A model generated the notes under the pieces. That model had not been told where the DNA came from. It worked only from the letters and a program-made list of their open reading frames with translations, and searched no databases. Shown here piece after piece: positions 19,525 to 29,208 of a stretch of 64,000 nucleotides of DNA. The DNA is from an uncultured Enterobacterales bacterium (GTDB lineage: Bacteria > Myxococcota_A > UBA796 > JAFGLY01), in the NCBI GenBank assembly GCA_964454135.1, contig CAYVQL010000012.1:11-64010 (forward strand), read 5' to 3'. Positions within the stretch are counted from its first letter, which is position 1, and every line of letters begins with the position of its first letter. A program made the translations under genes and the position numbers.

Positions 19525-20430
19525 ATGCCAGCCCCGGATCTCCGACGCCTGCGCCCCCCACCTCGCGCGGTCCCGCTGCCCCTGCTCCTGTCCCTGTTCA
19601 CCGGTGGAGCGCTGGCCCAGATCCTGTGGCTGCTGGCCGCCTTCTCCCTGGCCGCGCCGGCCCTGGTGCTGGAATCGACCGATCTGCGCGCCACCTGGGC
19701 GTTGCGGGACTCCCTCTCCCAGGCCACGGGCACCGTGGAGTCCACGGAGCGCGTCTCGCGCAGCACCGAGGACGGCAAGACCACCTCCATCTTCGAGCAC
19801 CGCTTCAGCTTCGTGGACGCGCAGGGTCGCAACCAGCAGGGCATCTCCTACGCCACCAACCGGCGCGAGCAGGACGGGACCGAGGTGCCGGTGGAGTATC
19901 GCGCGGATGAGCCCAGGTACTCCCGCATCGCGGGCATGCGGCCCAACCAGAGGCGCGGGGACTGGTTGATCCTGCTCCTGTCTGCGGGCGGCGTGGTCGT
20001 CCTGGGCGTCTGCCTGAAGCAGCGCGGGCGCCTGCTGCCCCTGCTCGCCAGGGGGCGCCTGGCCGAGGCCGAGCTGAGCTCGGTGGAGGAGGCCAAGCGC
20101 GACGAAGGCCCACCTTCGGTCCTGGCCCGCTACCGCTTCGAGGACGCCTTCGGCCACCAGCGGGAGCACTTGTGCAAGGTCCCCGCAAAGCTGCAGCCGC
20201 TGCCGGAGCGCGCGGCGCTGCTCTACGACAAGAAGAACCCCAAGCGAGCCATGCACATCGGGGAGCTGCCGTCCTTCTTGTTTGGGTCGTTGATCGCCGA
20301 GAACGGCCAGCTGCGGGGACCTGCCTGGAGCTCGCTGCCCAGGCGGCTGCTGATCCCCGTGCTCGCCCTCCTTGGCAACGGCTTCTGGCTGGCGTGGGCC
20401 CTGTGGCGGGAGCTGGGCGCGGTGGGCTGA
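19525..20430 (+). CDS. Membrane protein, DUF3592-like
   Basis: TM, ATGTV...FSFVDAQG...VPVEYRADEP beta domain, TM, second similar domain. Confidence 0.6.
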   Translation: MPAPDLRRLRPPPRAVPLPLLLSLFTGGALAQILWLLAAFSLAAPALVLESTDLRATWALRDSLSQATGTVESTERVSRSTEDGKTTSIFEHRFSFVDAQGRNQQGISYATNRREQDGTEVPVEYRADEPRYSRIAGMRPNQRRGDWLILLLSAGGVVVLGVCLKQRGRLLPLLARGRLAEAELSSVEEAKRDEGPPSVLARYRFEDAFGHQREHLCKVPAKLQPLPERAALLYDKKNPKRAMHIGELPSFLFGSLIAENGQLRGPAWSSLPRRLLIPVLALLGNGFWLAWALWRELGAVG

Positions 20431-20515
20431 GGGCCTACCGGTCGCACATGCTGACATCCCGGCCTCACCCCTGCTAACCTCATGGGACCGTGAACCCGCA
20501 CCTAGGGAGCGGAAA

Positions 20516-22357
20516 ATGGCGCATCCATGGAACAGCTCGCTGATCGCGCTGCAGCTTGTCGCAGCCGGCTGCGCGCTCCTGGCATCCTGTCAGCGGGACG
20601 ACAGCGCGGCAGGCGCCGGCGACAGCGGCAATGCCTCGGTGCCAGGCGCCCCGGTGGCCGAGATCTCGGCCTTCCCCACCCGTGGATACGTGCCCCTGAC
20701 CGTCCGCTTCGACGGCTCGGCCTCGCACGACGACGATGGCGCCGTGGTGGGGCATTCCTGGGACCTGGACGGCGATGGGAGCGCGGATCTGGAGGGAGAA
20801 GACGGCGGCTTCGAGTACGCCGATTCTGGGACATGGACGGCCTCCCTGGAGGTCACCGACAACGAGGGCAAGACGGACGTGGCCGAGGTCGAGATCACCG
20901 TCCTGCCGGACGAGGAGGTCGTGCTGCTCGACGAGCAGTTCGACAGCGATCCCTTCTCGGACGGCCGCTGGGCCGTCTACCTGGAGGACTGCGCCGAGAC
21001 GCGGGACGGCACCGTGGAGTACCGCAGCGAGGAAGACGGTTGCGGCGGGGCCGGGGGCTATATCACCCGCGAGAGCAGCTACCGCTGCGTCGTGTATGGC
21101 GGCTCTTCCTTCTCCACCGAGGGCTACCACGACGTGGAGCTGGACTTCTGGGGCCGCTACGACGACGGCGTCGTCAGGGTCGACGCCATCGCCAACGACG
21201 CATGGGTGACGGTCTCGGACGTCGAGACCAGCGCCGACTGGACGCAGCGCAGCGTGACGCCGGAGGGCGACATCACCGGCCTGCGCGTGTTGCTGCGCGA
21301 CGGCGCGGTGGACTGCATCAGCTTGATAGCCCTGCCCATCTGCCGCCCGGACGAGGCCCGGGCCTGCGCGGGCGGCGCGACCACCTTCAGCGTCAGCGCC
21401 TTTGGCGGAGAGGCCTTCCAGTGGCAGAGAGACGGCGCGGACCTGGCCGATGGTGGGCACCTCTGGGGCGTCACCGAGCCCATGCTGGTGATCGATGATG
21501 CCAGCGCAGAAGACGAGGGCTCGTACCGCTGCGCCATCACCACCTCCGGCGGCACGGTGCTGTCCAATCCCGGCACGCTCTCGGTGGAGGACGCGCCCAC
21601 CATCAGCCAACAGCCCAGCTCCTCCGAGGTCAGCTCCGGTGAGAGCTTGAGCTTGTCGGTGGAGGTGCTGGGCGTCGAGCCCATCACCTACCGCTGGCAG
21701 AAGGACGGCGAGGATCTGGCCGAGGGATCGCGCATCGCGGGCACGGCCACGGCCGAGCTGACCATCAGCGCCGCGGAGCCCGGCGATCAGGGGTCCTACC
21801 GCGTGCTGGTCGCTGACGACTGTGGCGAGCAGACGAGCTCGGCCGACGCGCAGGTGTACGTGCGCAGCTGGGATGCCGAGGCCCCGTTGGTCACCGGCAG
21901 CTCCGTCGATATCGACCTGCACTACGAGAGCGACTGGATCATCGAGGCCGACTTCCTGGGCTGCGACACCGACGGCGGCTTCGATCGCTACCTGCAGGAG
22001 GAGGACCGGCTCGACCTGTTCAACCGCGGCAGCGACATGCTGGCGCTACGCCTGGCCAACCGCCAGATCTGGTTCGAGTCGGCCAACCTGGGATCCGTCA
22101 GCACGGCGATTGGCGAGACGGACCACTTCGGCGAGACCCTGGCGGCGAACATAGAGCAGGGCGATCACAGCATCCGCATCGAGTACATGGGAACCGGCGC
22201 CCAGGCCCGCCTGTACTGGGACGGCGCCCTGATCGGCGACTGGAACCTGTGGATCGAGTCCGTCCCCGGTGCCATGGGCGACGTGGCGGTCACCAACATG
22301 GAAGGTGGCACCATCCGTTGGTATCAGGGCTCCTTCGTCTCGCTCGCGGACCTGTAG
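20516..22357 (+). CDS. Lipoprotein with PKD and immunoglobulin I-set-like domains
   Basis: LLASC lipobox; PLTVRFDGSASHDDDG...WDLDGDG PKD; two FQWQRDG/YRWQKDG...DxGSYR Ig domains. Confidence 0.85.
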   Translation: MAHPWNSSLIALQLVAAGCALLASCQRDDSAAGAGDSGNASVPGAPVAEISAFPTRGYVPLTVRFDGSASHDDDGAVVGHSWDLDGDGSADLEGEDGGFEYADSGTWTASLEVTDNEGKTDVAEVEITVLPDEEVVLLDEQFDSDPFSDGRWAVYLEDCAETRDGTVEYRSEEDGCGGAGGYITRESSYRCVVYGGSSFSTEGYHDVELDFWGRYDDGVVRVDAIANDAWVTVSDVETSADWTQRSVTPEGDITGLRVLLRDGAVDCISLIALPICRPDEARACAGGATTFSVSAFGGEAFQWQRDGADLADGGHLWGVTEPMLVIDDASAEDEGSYRCAITTSGGTVLSNPGTLSVEDAPTISQQPSSSEVSSGESLSLSVEVLGVEPITYRWQKDGEDLAEGSRIAGTATAELTISAAEPGDQGSYRVLVADDCGEQTSSADAQVYVRSWDAEAPLVTGSSVDIDLHYESDWIIEADFLGCDTDGGFDRYLQEEDRLDLFNRGSDMLALRLANRQIWFESANLGSVSTAIGETDHFGETLAANIEQGDHSIRIEYMGTGAQARLYWDGALIGDWNLWIESVPGAMGDVAVTNMEGGTIRWYQGSFVSLADL

Positions 22358-22419
22358 CTTCACTCCGCTCGTGGCGCCCGCCTCTTGCTGCCCCGTTCAT
22401 CCCGCCCCGGAGCCCCATC

Positions 22420-23004
22420 ATGGACCGTCACGCCTATGTCCTGCTCACCCCGGGCTACGCCGACTGGGAGCCTGCCCTGGCCTGCAGCGAGATCCACCAG
22501 CAGAAAAGTCTCCGTGTGGTGACCGTGGGCCTGAGCGCCCAGCCCCTCTGCTCGCTGGGCGGCTTCCGGGTCGCACCGGAGCGGACCATCGACCAGGTGG
22601 ATCTCGGGCGCGCATGCTTGGTCTTGCTGCCCGGCGGCCCGGCCTGGCAGGAGCCCACGCCGCCCGCGGCGGCCCGACTGCTGCGCAGCGCGCGACAGCG
22701 CGGCGTTCCCTTGGCCGCCATCTGCGGCGCCACCCTGGCCCTGGCCCGCGCCGGGATCCTCGACCAGCTGCGCCACACCAGCAACAGCGTCGACTACCTG
22801 CTTGAGCAGGTTTCCGACTACGCCGCGGCCGCACTGTACCAGGACGAGCCGGCCGTGACGGACGACGGCGTGATCACCGCGGGCGGTGCGCACTACGTGG
22901 AGTTCACCGTGGAGATCCTGAGGCTGCTGGGCATCTACGAGGGCGAGCGGCTGCAGGCCTGGTACGCGCTGTTCAAGCACGGGGTGCTACCCACAGCTGG
23001 CTAG
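22420..23004 (+). CDS. DJ-1/PfpI family protein
   Basis: YADWE, LLPGG, AAICGATLALARAG, HTSN, VITAGG. Confidence 0.9.
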   Translation: MDRHAYVLLTPGYADWEPALACSEIHQQKSLRVVTVGLSAQPLCSLGGFRVAPERTIDQVDLGRACLVLLPGGPAWQEPTPPAAARLLRSARQRGVPLAAICGATLALARAGILDQLRHTSNSVDYLLEQVSDYAAAALYQDEPAVTDDGVITAGGAHYVEFTVEILRLLGIYEGERLQAWYALFKHGVLPTAG

Positions 23005-23073
23005 TCGCCGGGCATCCTGACCAGCTCGGAGACCGGCCGCTGCAGCGCGCAGAACGAGCGTTCCGACCGAGCC

Positions 23074-24360
23074 TCAACGCTGCGTGGGAGCAGCGCCGGG
23101 ATCACCGAAGCTGCGCTCCCAGAGCACGGATCCCCCGGGCCGGTAGGCCACGACGCAGGCGCGTCGCCCCTCCTCGGTCAAGACCCTCCCCACGGCGACG
23201 ACGGTGCCGTCCTCGAGCAGGACCAGGTCGCTGAACTCGTCGGAGCCTTTCCCTCCGCCATATCGCGCTTCCCAGCGCAGGCCGCCCTGGCCATCCAGCT
23301 CGACGATCCAGGCGCTGCGGCGGGAGCTCGATCCCGTGCTTCCCGCCAGCACCCAGCCATCCCCCTTGGCTTCGGCTGCGCTGAAGTCCGCGCGCTTGTC
23401 TCCGTAGTACTCGCCCCACTTGATCTGGCCGTCCGGGGTCCAAGAGGTGGCCTTGGCCCGCTGCCCCTTGCGACCCGCCAGCAGGAACTCCGAACCGTTG
23501 TAGGCCAATGCCGCGGGCTCGCCTTCACCCCACGGCTCCCCGTCGTACTGGACCTGGCCCTGGGCGTCCAGGTAGCTGACAACGGCGTAGCGGTCGTAGG
23601 TTCGACCCCGCCTGACGCTGTACTCGCTCGCCACCAGCCAGCCTTCCCCCTTGGAGACCAGGGCCGTGGCCCGCCCGCGCTCGAGCTGGGTGAGCCAGCG
23701 CGTGCCCGTGGCGCCCACCTGCGCGATGAAAGGACGCCTGCCCGCGCCGCCGGCCAGCACGAAGCTCTCCTCCGGCCCAACCTGCAAGGCGTAGGCCCTG
23801 CTGCTGCCATTCGTCGCCACCGAGGCTCTGGCCTTGGCGTTGCCCTGGGCGTCGAAGAGCACGATGCCCGCCTGCTCGATGCCCTTGGCCCTGCTGATCA
23901 CGGCGAAGCCCTCGCCGTGGGCGGTGACCGCCCCCCCGATGTCGTAGCGATCCCCGAATACGTACTCCCAGGCGGTGTCTCCCCGGGGTTCCAGGCGAGC
24001 GAGCCATAGCTCCGACTCGCCGTGCATTCCCTCTCCGGCTGGCCGGTAGTGCCCGGAGACCACCAGGCTCCCGTCGGAGAGCTCCGCCACGCCCTTGGCC
24101 TCGGCGGCCGTTTGGCTGCGCAGGCGCCTGCTGTCCAGCAGGATGCCGCCCCCGAATGCCAGCAACACGGCCAGGAACAGGAGCATCAAGATCAGGAGCG
24201 CCGTGCCGCAGGAGATGCGGGGGCGCCGCGGGGCATCGGAGCTCGATATCGTCACTGGAACCACCTCCAGGGCCTGCTGCGTACCATAATCTGATGGCCA
24301 GGTTCCAGGTTGGCCCAATAGTCCGAGGAGCAAGCGCCTGTCGTCATCGGACAGGGTCAT
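23074..24360 (-). CDS. Membrane-anchored beta-propeller-like protein
   Basis: One TM, then repeated DGxxxWxxxYG / VLAG blades. Confidence 0.75.
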   Translation of the reverse strand: MTLSDDDRRLLLGLLGQPGTWPSDYGTQQALEVVPVTISSSDAPRRPRISCGTALLILMLLFLAVLLAFGGGILLDSRRLRSQTAAEAKGVAELSDGSLVVSGHYRPAGEGMHGESELWLARLEPRGDTAWEYVFGDRYDIGGAVTAHGEGFAVISRAKGIEQAGIVLFDAQGNAKARASVATNGSSRAYALQVGPEESFVLAGGAGRRPFIAQVGATGTRWLTQLERGRATALVSKGEGWLVASEYSVRRGRTYDRYAVVSYLDAQGQVQYDGEPWGEGEPAALAYNGSEFLLAGRKGQRAKATSWTPDGQIKWGEYYGDKRADFSAAEAKGDGWVLAGSTGSSSRRSAWIVELDGQGGLRWEARYGGGKGSDEFSDLVLLEDGTVVAVGRVLTEEGRRACVVAYRPGGSVLWERSFGDPGAAPTQR

Positions 24361-24462
24361 GGTCCTTTGCTCGCTGGGTCGAGGCCACGGTATGCGCCTG
24401 GGCTGGCAGCATGGCGGAACCCCGCAGTCCAGCCGAGGGGCTTTCCTCGCACCGTCAGGGGC

Positions 24463-27280
24463 TCAAGGCTGCACCTGGGCCTCTCGCGCCCGCGGGGCTT
24501 CGCTCCGGAGAGCCTGCCGCATGCCGAAGGGGGGCACCGAAAGCACCTGGACCGGCGGAAATCCTGGACTCGGCAGCGTGTCCGGGCCGCAGAACAGGCG
24601 CGGGCTGGAGGGACCAGGGGCCCGCGGGCGGGTGAGCGCCGTGCCATGGCCGGATTTTGGCTCCTCCAGCTCGAGGAAGAGCATGTACTCGTCTCCGCAG
24701 GTGGCGTAGTCGTAGCTCGGGCAGAGCTCTGCAGAAGCGATGGCCTCGTCCTCGAAGCCCTGGGGAGCCGTGGCGCAGTCCGCCCCCTGCGTGACGAGGT
24801 CCACGGCGTTGTCCGCGTAGCTGTTGTCCGCGAGGCTGGCCGATGCGTCGTCCAGGAACAGGCCGGCACCCAGGCCGTCCCGCAGCTGGTTGCCCTCCAA
24901 TCGCAGCCCCAGCTTCCCGTCCCAGGCCGCCACCCCGTTCCGGGCGTAGACCGCGTCGCCGCACATGTCCAGGTGTCCGCGACTCCAGCCTTCTCCGCCG
25001 CGGATGGTGTTGCCGGAGAGGGAGTAGCTGCCCTCTCCCGAGAGCCAGACGCCGGCGACCGGGTTGTCCTGTATGGTGCTGGCGGAGACGGTGAGCGTGG
25101 GAGGGCCGCCCGCCCAGGGCTCCGCGTAGAGCCCGACGCCGCCACCGAGGTTCTCCTGGACGAGGTTGCCTTCGATGGCGGAGCTGTCGAGCGCGAGCGA
25201 GGCCCCGATGGCCACGGTCGCACCAGCGAACTGGTTGGCCCGCAGCACGCAGCCCGTGCAGTCGATGTGGCTGCCTTCGTGGACCAGGTAGATCCCGGGT
25301 CCTTCGTTCGAGGCCGCTTCGAGCGCCGAGGCCTCGACCTCGGCGCCTTCGACGACCGTGACACCCAGGCCGACGGTCTGGAGCTCCCCGCACTTGGTGG
25401 AGAGGACCGCGGAGCCGGCGAGCGTCACCACGGTCTGGGAGTGGGCGACGAGAATGCCGACCGCCGTGCTGCCGGTCACCTCGCAGCCTTCCGCCCCCAG
25501 GCTCGCGCCATCGGAGACCTGGATGCCGTATCCGCCAAACCCGTCCCCAGCGGGCAGGGTGTCCCGAATGGTCGTCTCTCTGAGCTCGACCGCGGTTCCG
25601 TCATCGGCGACGAAGACGCCGACGGCCGCGTTGTCCGAGATCGTGCAGGCCTCCGCGTCCAGCGTCGCGCCGCCGTAGACCACGACTCCGAACCCTCCCT
25701 GCCCCTCTGGATCGGGCCTGGTGTCCCGGACGGTCGTCTCCACGAGCGTGACCGTGGTATCGGAACCGGACGCCAAGACGCCGTCCTGCGAGTTCCCCGC
25801 GACCGTGCAGCCCTCTGCGCTCAGGCTCGCGCCGTCAAAGGCATCCAGGCCGATGCCCGCGAATCCCCACTCGTCGGGCTCGGTGTCCTGGACAATCGTC
25901 TGCCGCAGCGTGACCGCCGTGCCAGCATCGATAGCGAGAACGCCAAAGGTCGTGTTTTCCGTCAAGACGCAGGTCTGCGCGGTCAGGCTCGCGCCGCCGA
26001 GGACGTACAGGCCATAGCCGAGCTCTCCATTCTCGTCGGGCAGCGTGCCCTGCACCGTCGTGTCGCTCAAGCTGACCCTGGTGTCCGCATGGCTGGCGTA
26101 GACACCCGCGACCGCGTTCTTTGCCACCTCGCAGGACTGCGCGGCCAGGTAGCCGCCTTCGAGGGCCGCCAGCCCCAATCCGAGTCCGCCACTGCCACCG
26201 GACCAGGTGTCCCGCACGGTCGTCTCCCGCAGCTCCGCCGCGCTGCCGGCATCCACCGAGAGCACGCCCACCATCGCATTCCCAGAGACCTGGCAAGACT
26301 CGGCCACGAGGCTGGCGCCCTGGTAGACGCCGATGCCGTACCCGGCTCCTCCCCATTCATCGGGCAGGGTGTCCCCGACGAGCGTTTCACGCAGCGTGAT
26401 GGTCGTGCCGGAACCCATCGCCAGCACGCCCATGGTCCTGTTCCCCGAGATCTGGCAGGCTTCGGCGTCCATGCGAGCCCCGCCGTATGCCTCGATGCCG
26501 TACCCGTAGTACCCATGCTCCGTGAGCTTGTTGTCCCGGATGGTGGTGTCGCTGAGGGTGACCGTCGTGCCTGAACCGTTGGCGAGGACGCCTCCTTCGG
26601 CATTCTCCGAGACCTGGCAGGACTCCACCACGACCACGGTCTCGTAGAATCCCGTCCGCCGGGCCGCGATGCCTTCCGATCCGCTTCCGACCACCGCCGA
26701 ATTCCTGATCGTCACATTCCCCGAGCTGACGAGGGCTCCCGAAGCGAGCGCCCCGCTCACCGTCACCCCCGAGACCAGGACTTCCCCAGCATTGGCAGCG
26801 ATTTCGAGCCCCGGCGTCCTCGTCCCCAACGCTCGCGTCGATGGTGACCAGCTCGCGGCAGCGACCGGCCAAGTGCACACCCGCCTGCGAGCGATCCAGC
26901 TCCAACGTCTCCGAGTAGATCCCGGCCGCCACCGCCACCAGGCCGCCGTCCGCATCGCCCGCCGCGTCCAGGCCGGCCTGAAGGGAGGTGAAGGGCGCGC
27001 TCTCGCTGCCATCGCCGCCCTCGGCCGCTGCGAAATCCACGTAGACCGTGCCCTCATCGACCTCCAGGTTCCCCCAGACGCCCGTGCCGCAGGCGGCGGG
27101 CACGCAGTCACCGTCGTCGTCGAGATAGCCGGTATCGCAGCCAGGATCGTCGGTCGGTCCGCTATCCTCGACAGGGTCCGTGTCCTCGGGCGAGGGCTTC
27201 TTGCGCTGGCCCTTGTCGCAGGCGCCGAAGAGGAGCGTCGTGAGGATGGGTACGAGCTTGTCGCGCGCGGATGCGGGCAC
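24463..27280 (-). pseudogene. Right-handed beta-helix repeat lipoprotein, frameshifted near 26815
   Basis: N-terminus (LFGAC, GDGSESAPF..LQ, VAAGIYSE) is in the 26387..27424 frame; the GxGI...GN..GV repeats are in the 24463..27111 frame; start approximate. Confidence 0.75.
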
Positions 27281-27530
27281 GTCGATTCTCACAGGGCTTG
27301 CCGGACATGACGAGGGGGAGATTAGCACGTGGATGCGACCTGGCGCGCTGGCCGGCCTGGTGCATGCCTGGCGCCAAGAGCGCCCTCGACCAAGCGAAGA
27401 CGACGAGCCCCTGCGCTGGTCCACGGACCTGCAAGGCGCACAGATGGAGTCAGGTGGCGGTTCGCAGTGTCCGGAATCCGTCCCGTTCGCCGTCGCGTAC
27501 CATGCGCTTCAGGTGCACCTTTCGGTGGAG

Positions 27531-27665
27531 CCGGTCATAACTGCGCCAGTGGTTGTCCACTGCCCGAGTTGTGGCCGCCCTTGAGGCCCTTGGGGGCTCC
27601 AGTTGCGCGCAATTCCGGTCACAACTGCGCCAGTGGCGGTCCACTGCCCGAGTTGTGACCGCCCT
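27531..27665. repeat. Two 51-bp imperfect direct repeats, each a hairpin
   Basis: ccggtcaYaactgcgccagtggYKgtccactgcccgagttgtgRccgccct at 27531-27581 and 27615-27665. Confidence 0.9.
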
Positions 27666-28013
27666 GCGGCATTCGCGTTCGCCGCTGGCTCCACGGCGTA
27701 CCAGCCGTGTGCCCGGATCTGGGACAGGAGGAAAAATACCGGCAGGCCATTCAGGCGGCGCGCGAGCTGGTGCCCGGCGCCGAGCCCATCGGGCTGGCGC
27801 CTGCCGAGGAGGGGGCCGCTCCGGCCGTGGACGGGGATGCGACAGAGTCCGGAAGCACCCCGCGCCCTCGAGCTGGCCGCGGCCCCCCATGATCCCCGTG
27901 GCGGGCTGGACGCCTGGTCCTTTCCCCGGCTTGCCGCCAGAGCGGCTGGTCTTGTATCATTCCGGTGCTTGCCATTCCCAATTCCAGCATACCCAGCGGA
28001 AGTAGCCACCTCC

Positions 28014-29177
28014 ATGTTCCCCGCTCGCCATCTGATTTTGCTCCTCTTGGTCTTCGCCGCCCCCCCCACGCTCGCCATCGACGCAGAGGACGTCGGCTTC
28101 GTGCACAGGCTTCTCTACATCGAGGGGCTCTCATGCGTCGAGGCCAGGTTCATCGTGCAGCGGACCCTGGGCTACGCTTGTCCGAGGATGCCCCCGAACC
28201 TGCCGCCGAATGTCTGCGAGGCGGCCCTCGTTGCCGACTGCGAGGTCGATGCGGACGGCGACGGCTTTCCCGCCGGCCTCGACTGCGATGACGCCGATGC
28301 AGCCGTGTACCCCAATGCCACGGAGGTATGCGATGGCTTGGACAACGACTGCGACGGCAGCGTTGACAACGACGCGTCCTGCGTCGAGGACTGCACGGAC
28401 GGCAGCGACAACGACTCGGACGGCCTGGTGGACTGCGAGGACGGTGACTGCGCCACCGATGCGTCCTGCTACGAGGACTGCTCGGACGGAAGCGACAACG
28501 ACCTGGACGGTCTCACCGACTGCGAGGACGATGACTGCTGGAGCGTTGCGAGCTGCGCCCACCCCGGGGGCGTGCGGAGCCGGGTGCACGGGGGCGGGAT
28601 GGTCCAGGATCTCGTGAAGTCGACCTACTACTGGAACTGGAACCAGGTATCGAGTCACTTCCACATCACCTCGTTCTACGACTACGGCGCCACGCTGGAC
28701 TCGGTCTGGGGGACGGTGCGGGTGCTTCCGGAGGGCGCGTCGTCCTGGGGTACGACCTCTGCGCGTACGACCTGCCAGTGGTCCGTCGCCGGGGCCTATT
28801 TGCGCTTCGTCGGGGAATACCACTGGCAGCACAACACGGCCTACCTTCACTACGAGTTTCACGACGTCGTTCGCAGCGGCTTCTACGTGGAGCCGGGCTG
28901 CCGCCTGGAGAGCTCCTGGTTCCTTCCGGGGGTGGTCAGGCCAGTGGTCGGGGGGGGGCTCATCGGAAGCCACCTCACCATGAGGGCCTATTTCGTCGGC
29001 AGCGTTCCCTGGTACCAGGGCTCGCTCTCCTTCAGCTCCTATGACCACACGTCCTCACGTTGGGTGATCGAGAGCTCCTACTCCGGCTTCAACGATGTGT
29101 ACGAGACCCACCACTGGACCATCCATCGCGAGTCCCAGCTCAACAGCGCAGGTTCGAGCTACTTCGCCTCGCCTTGA
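28014..29177 (+). CDS. Secreted protein with MopE-like Cys/Asp metal-binding repeats and a unique aromatic C-terminal domain
   Basis: Signal peptide; DCDDADAAVYPNATEVCDGLDNDCDG and CxDGxDNDxDGLxDCED repeats. Confidence 0.8.
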   Translation: MFPARHLILLLLVFAAPPTLAIDAEDVGFVHRLLYIEGLSCVEARFIVQRTLGYACPRMPPNLPPNVCEAALVADCEVDADGDGFPAGLDCDDADAAVYPNATEVCDGLDNDCDGSVDNDASCVEDCTDGSDNDSDGLVDCEDGDCATDASCYEDCSDGSDNDLDGLTDCEDDDCWSVASCAHPGGVRSRVHGGGMVQDLVKSTYYWNWNQVSSHFHITSFYDYGATLDSVWGTVRVLPEGASSWGTTSARTTCQWSVAGAYLRFVGEYHWQHNTAYLHYEFHDVVRSGFYVEPGCRLESSWFLPGVVRPVVGGGLIGSHLTMRAYFVGSVPWYQGSLSFSSYDHTSSRWVIESSYSGFNDVYETHHWTIHRESQLNSAGSSYFASP

Positions 29178-29208
29178 GGAAGCATCGACGAGGACCTGTG
29201 AGCACTCC

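Noticed and set aside
27531-27665. Mini-CRISPR array or bona fide integron attC array
   Set aside because: Only two units, long for CRISPR repeats and short for attC, with no cas or integrase gene in the window; kept only as an unexplained hairpin repeat
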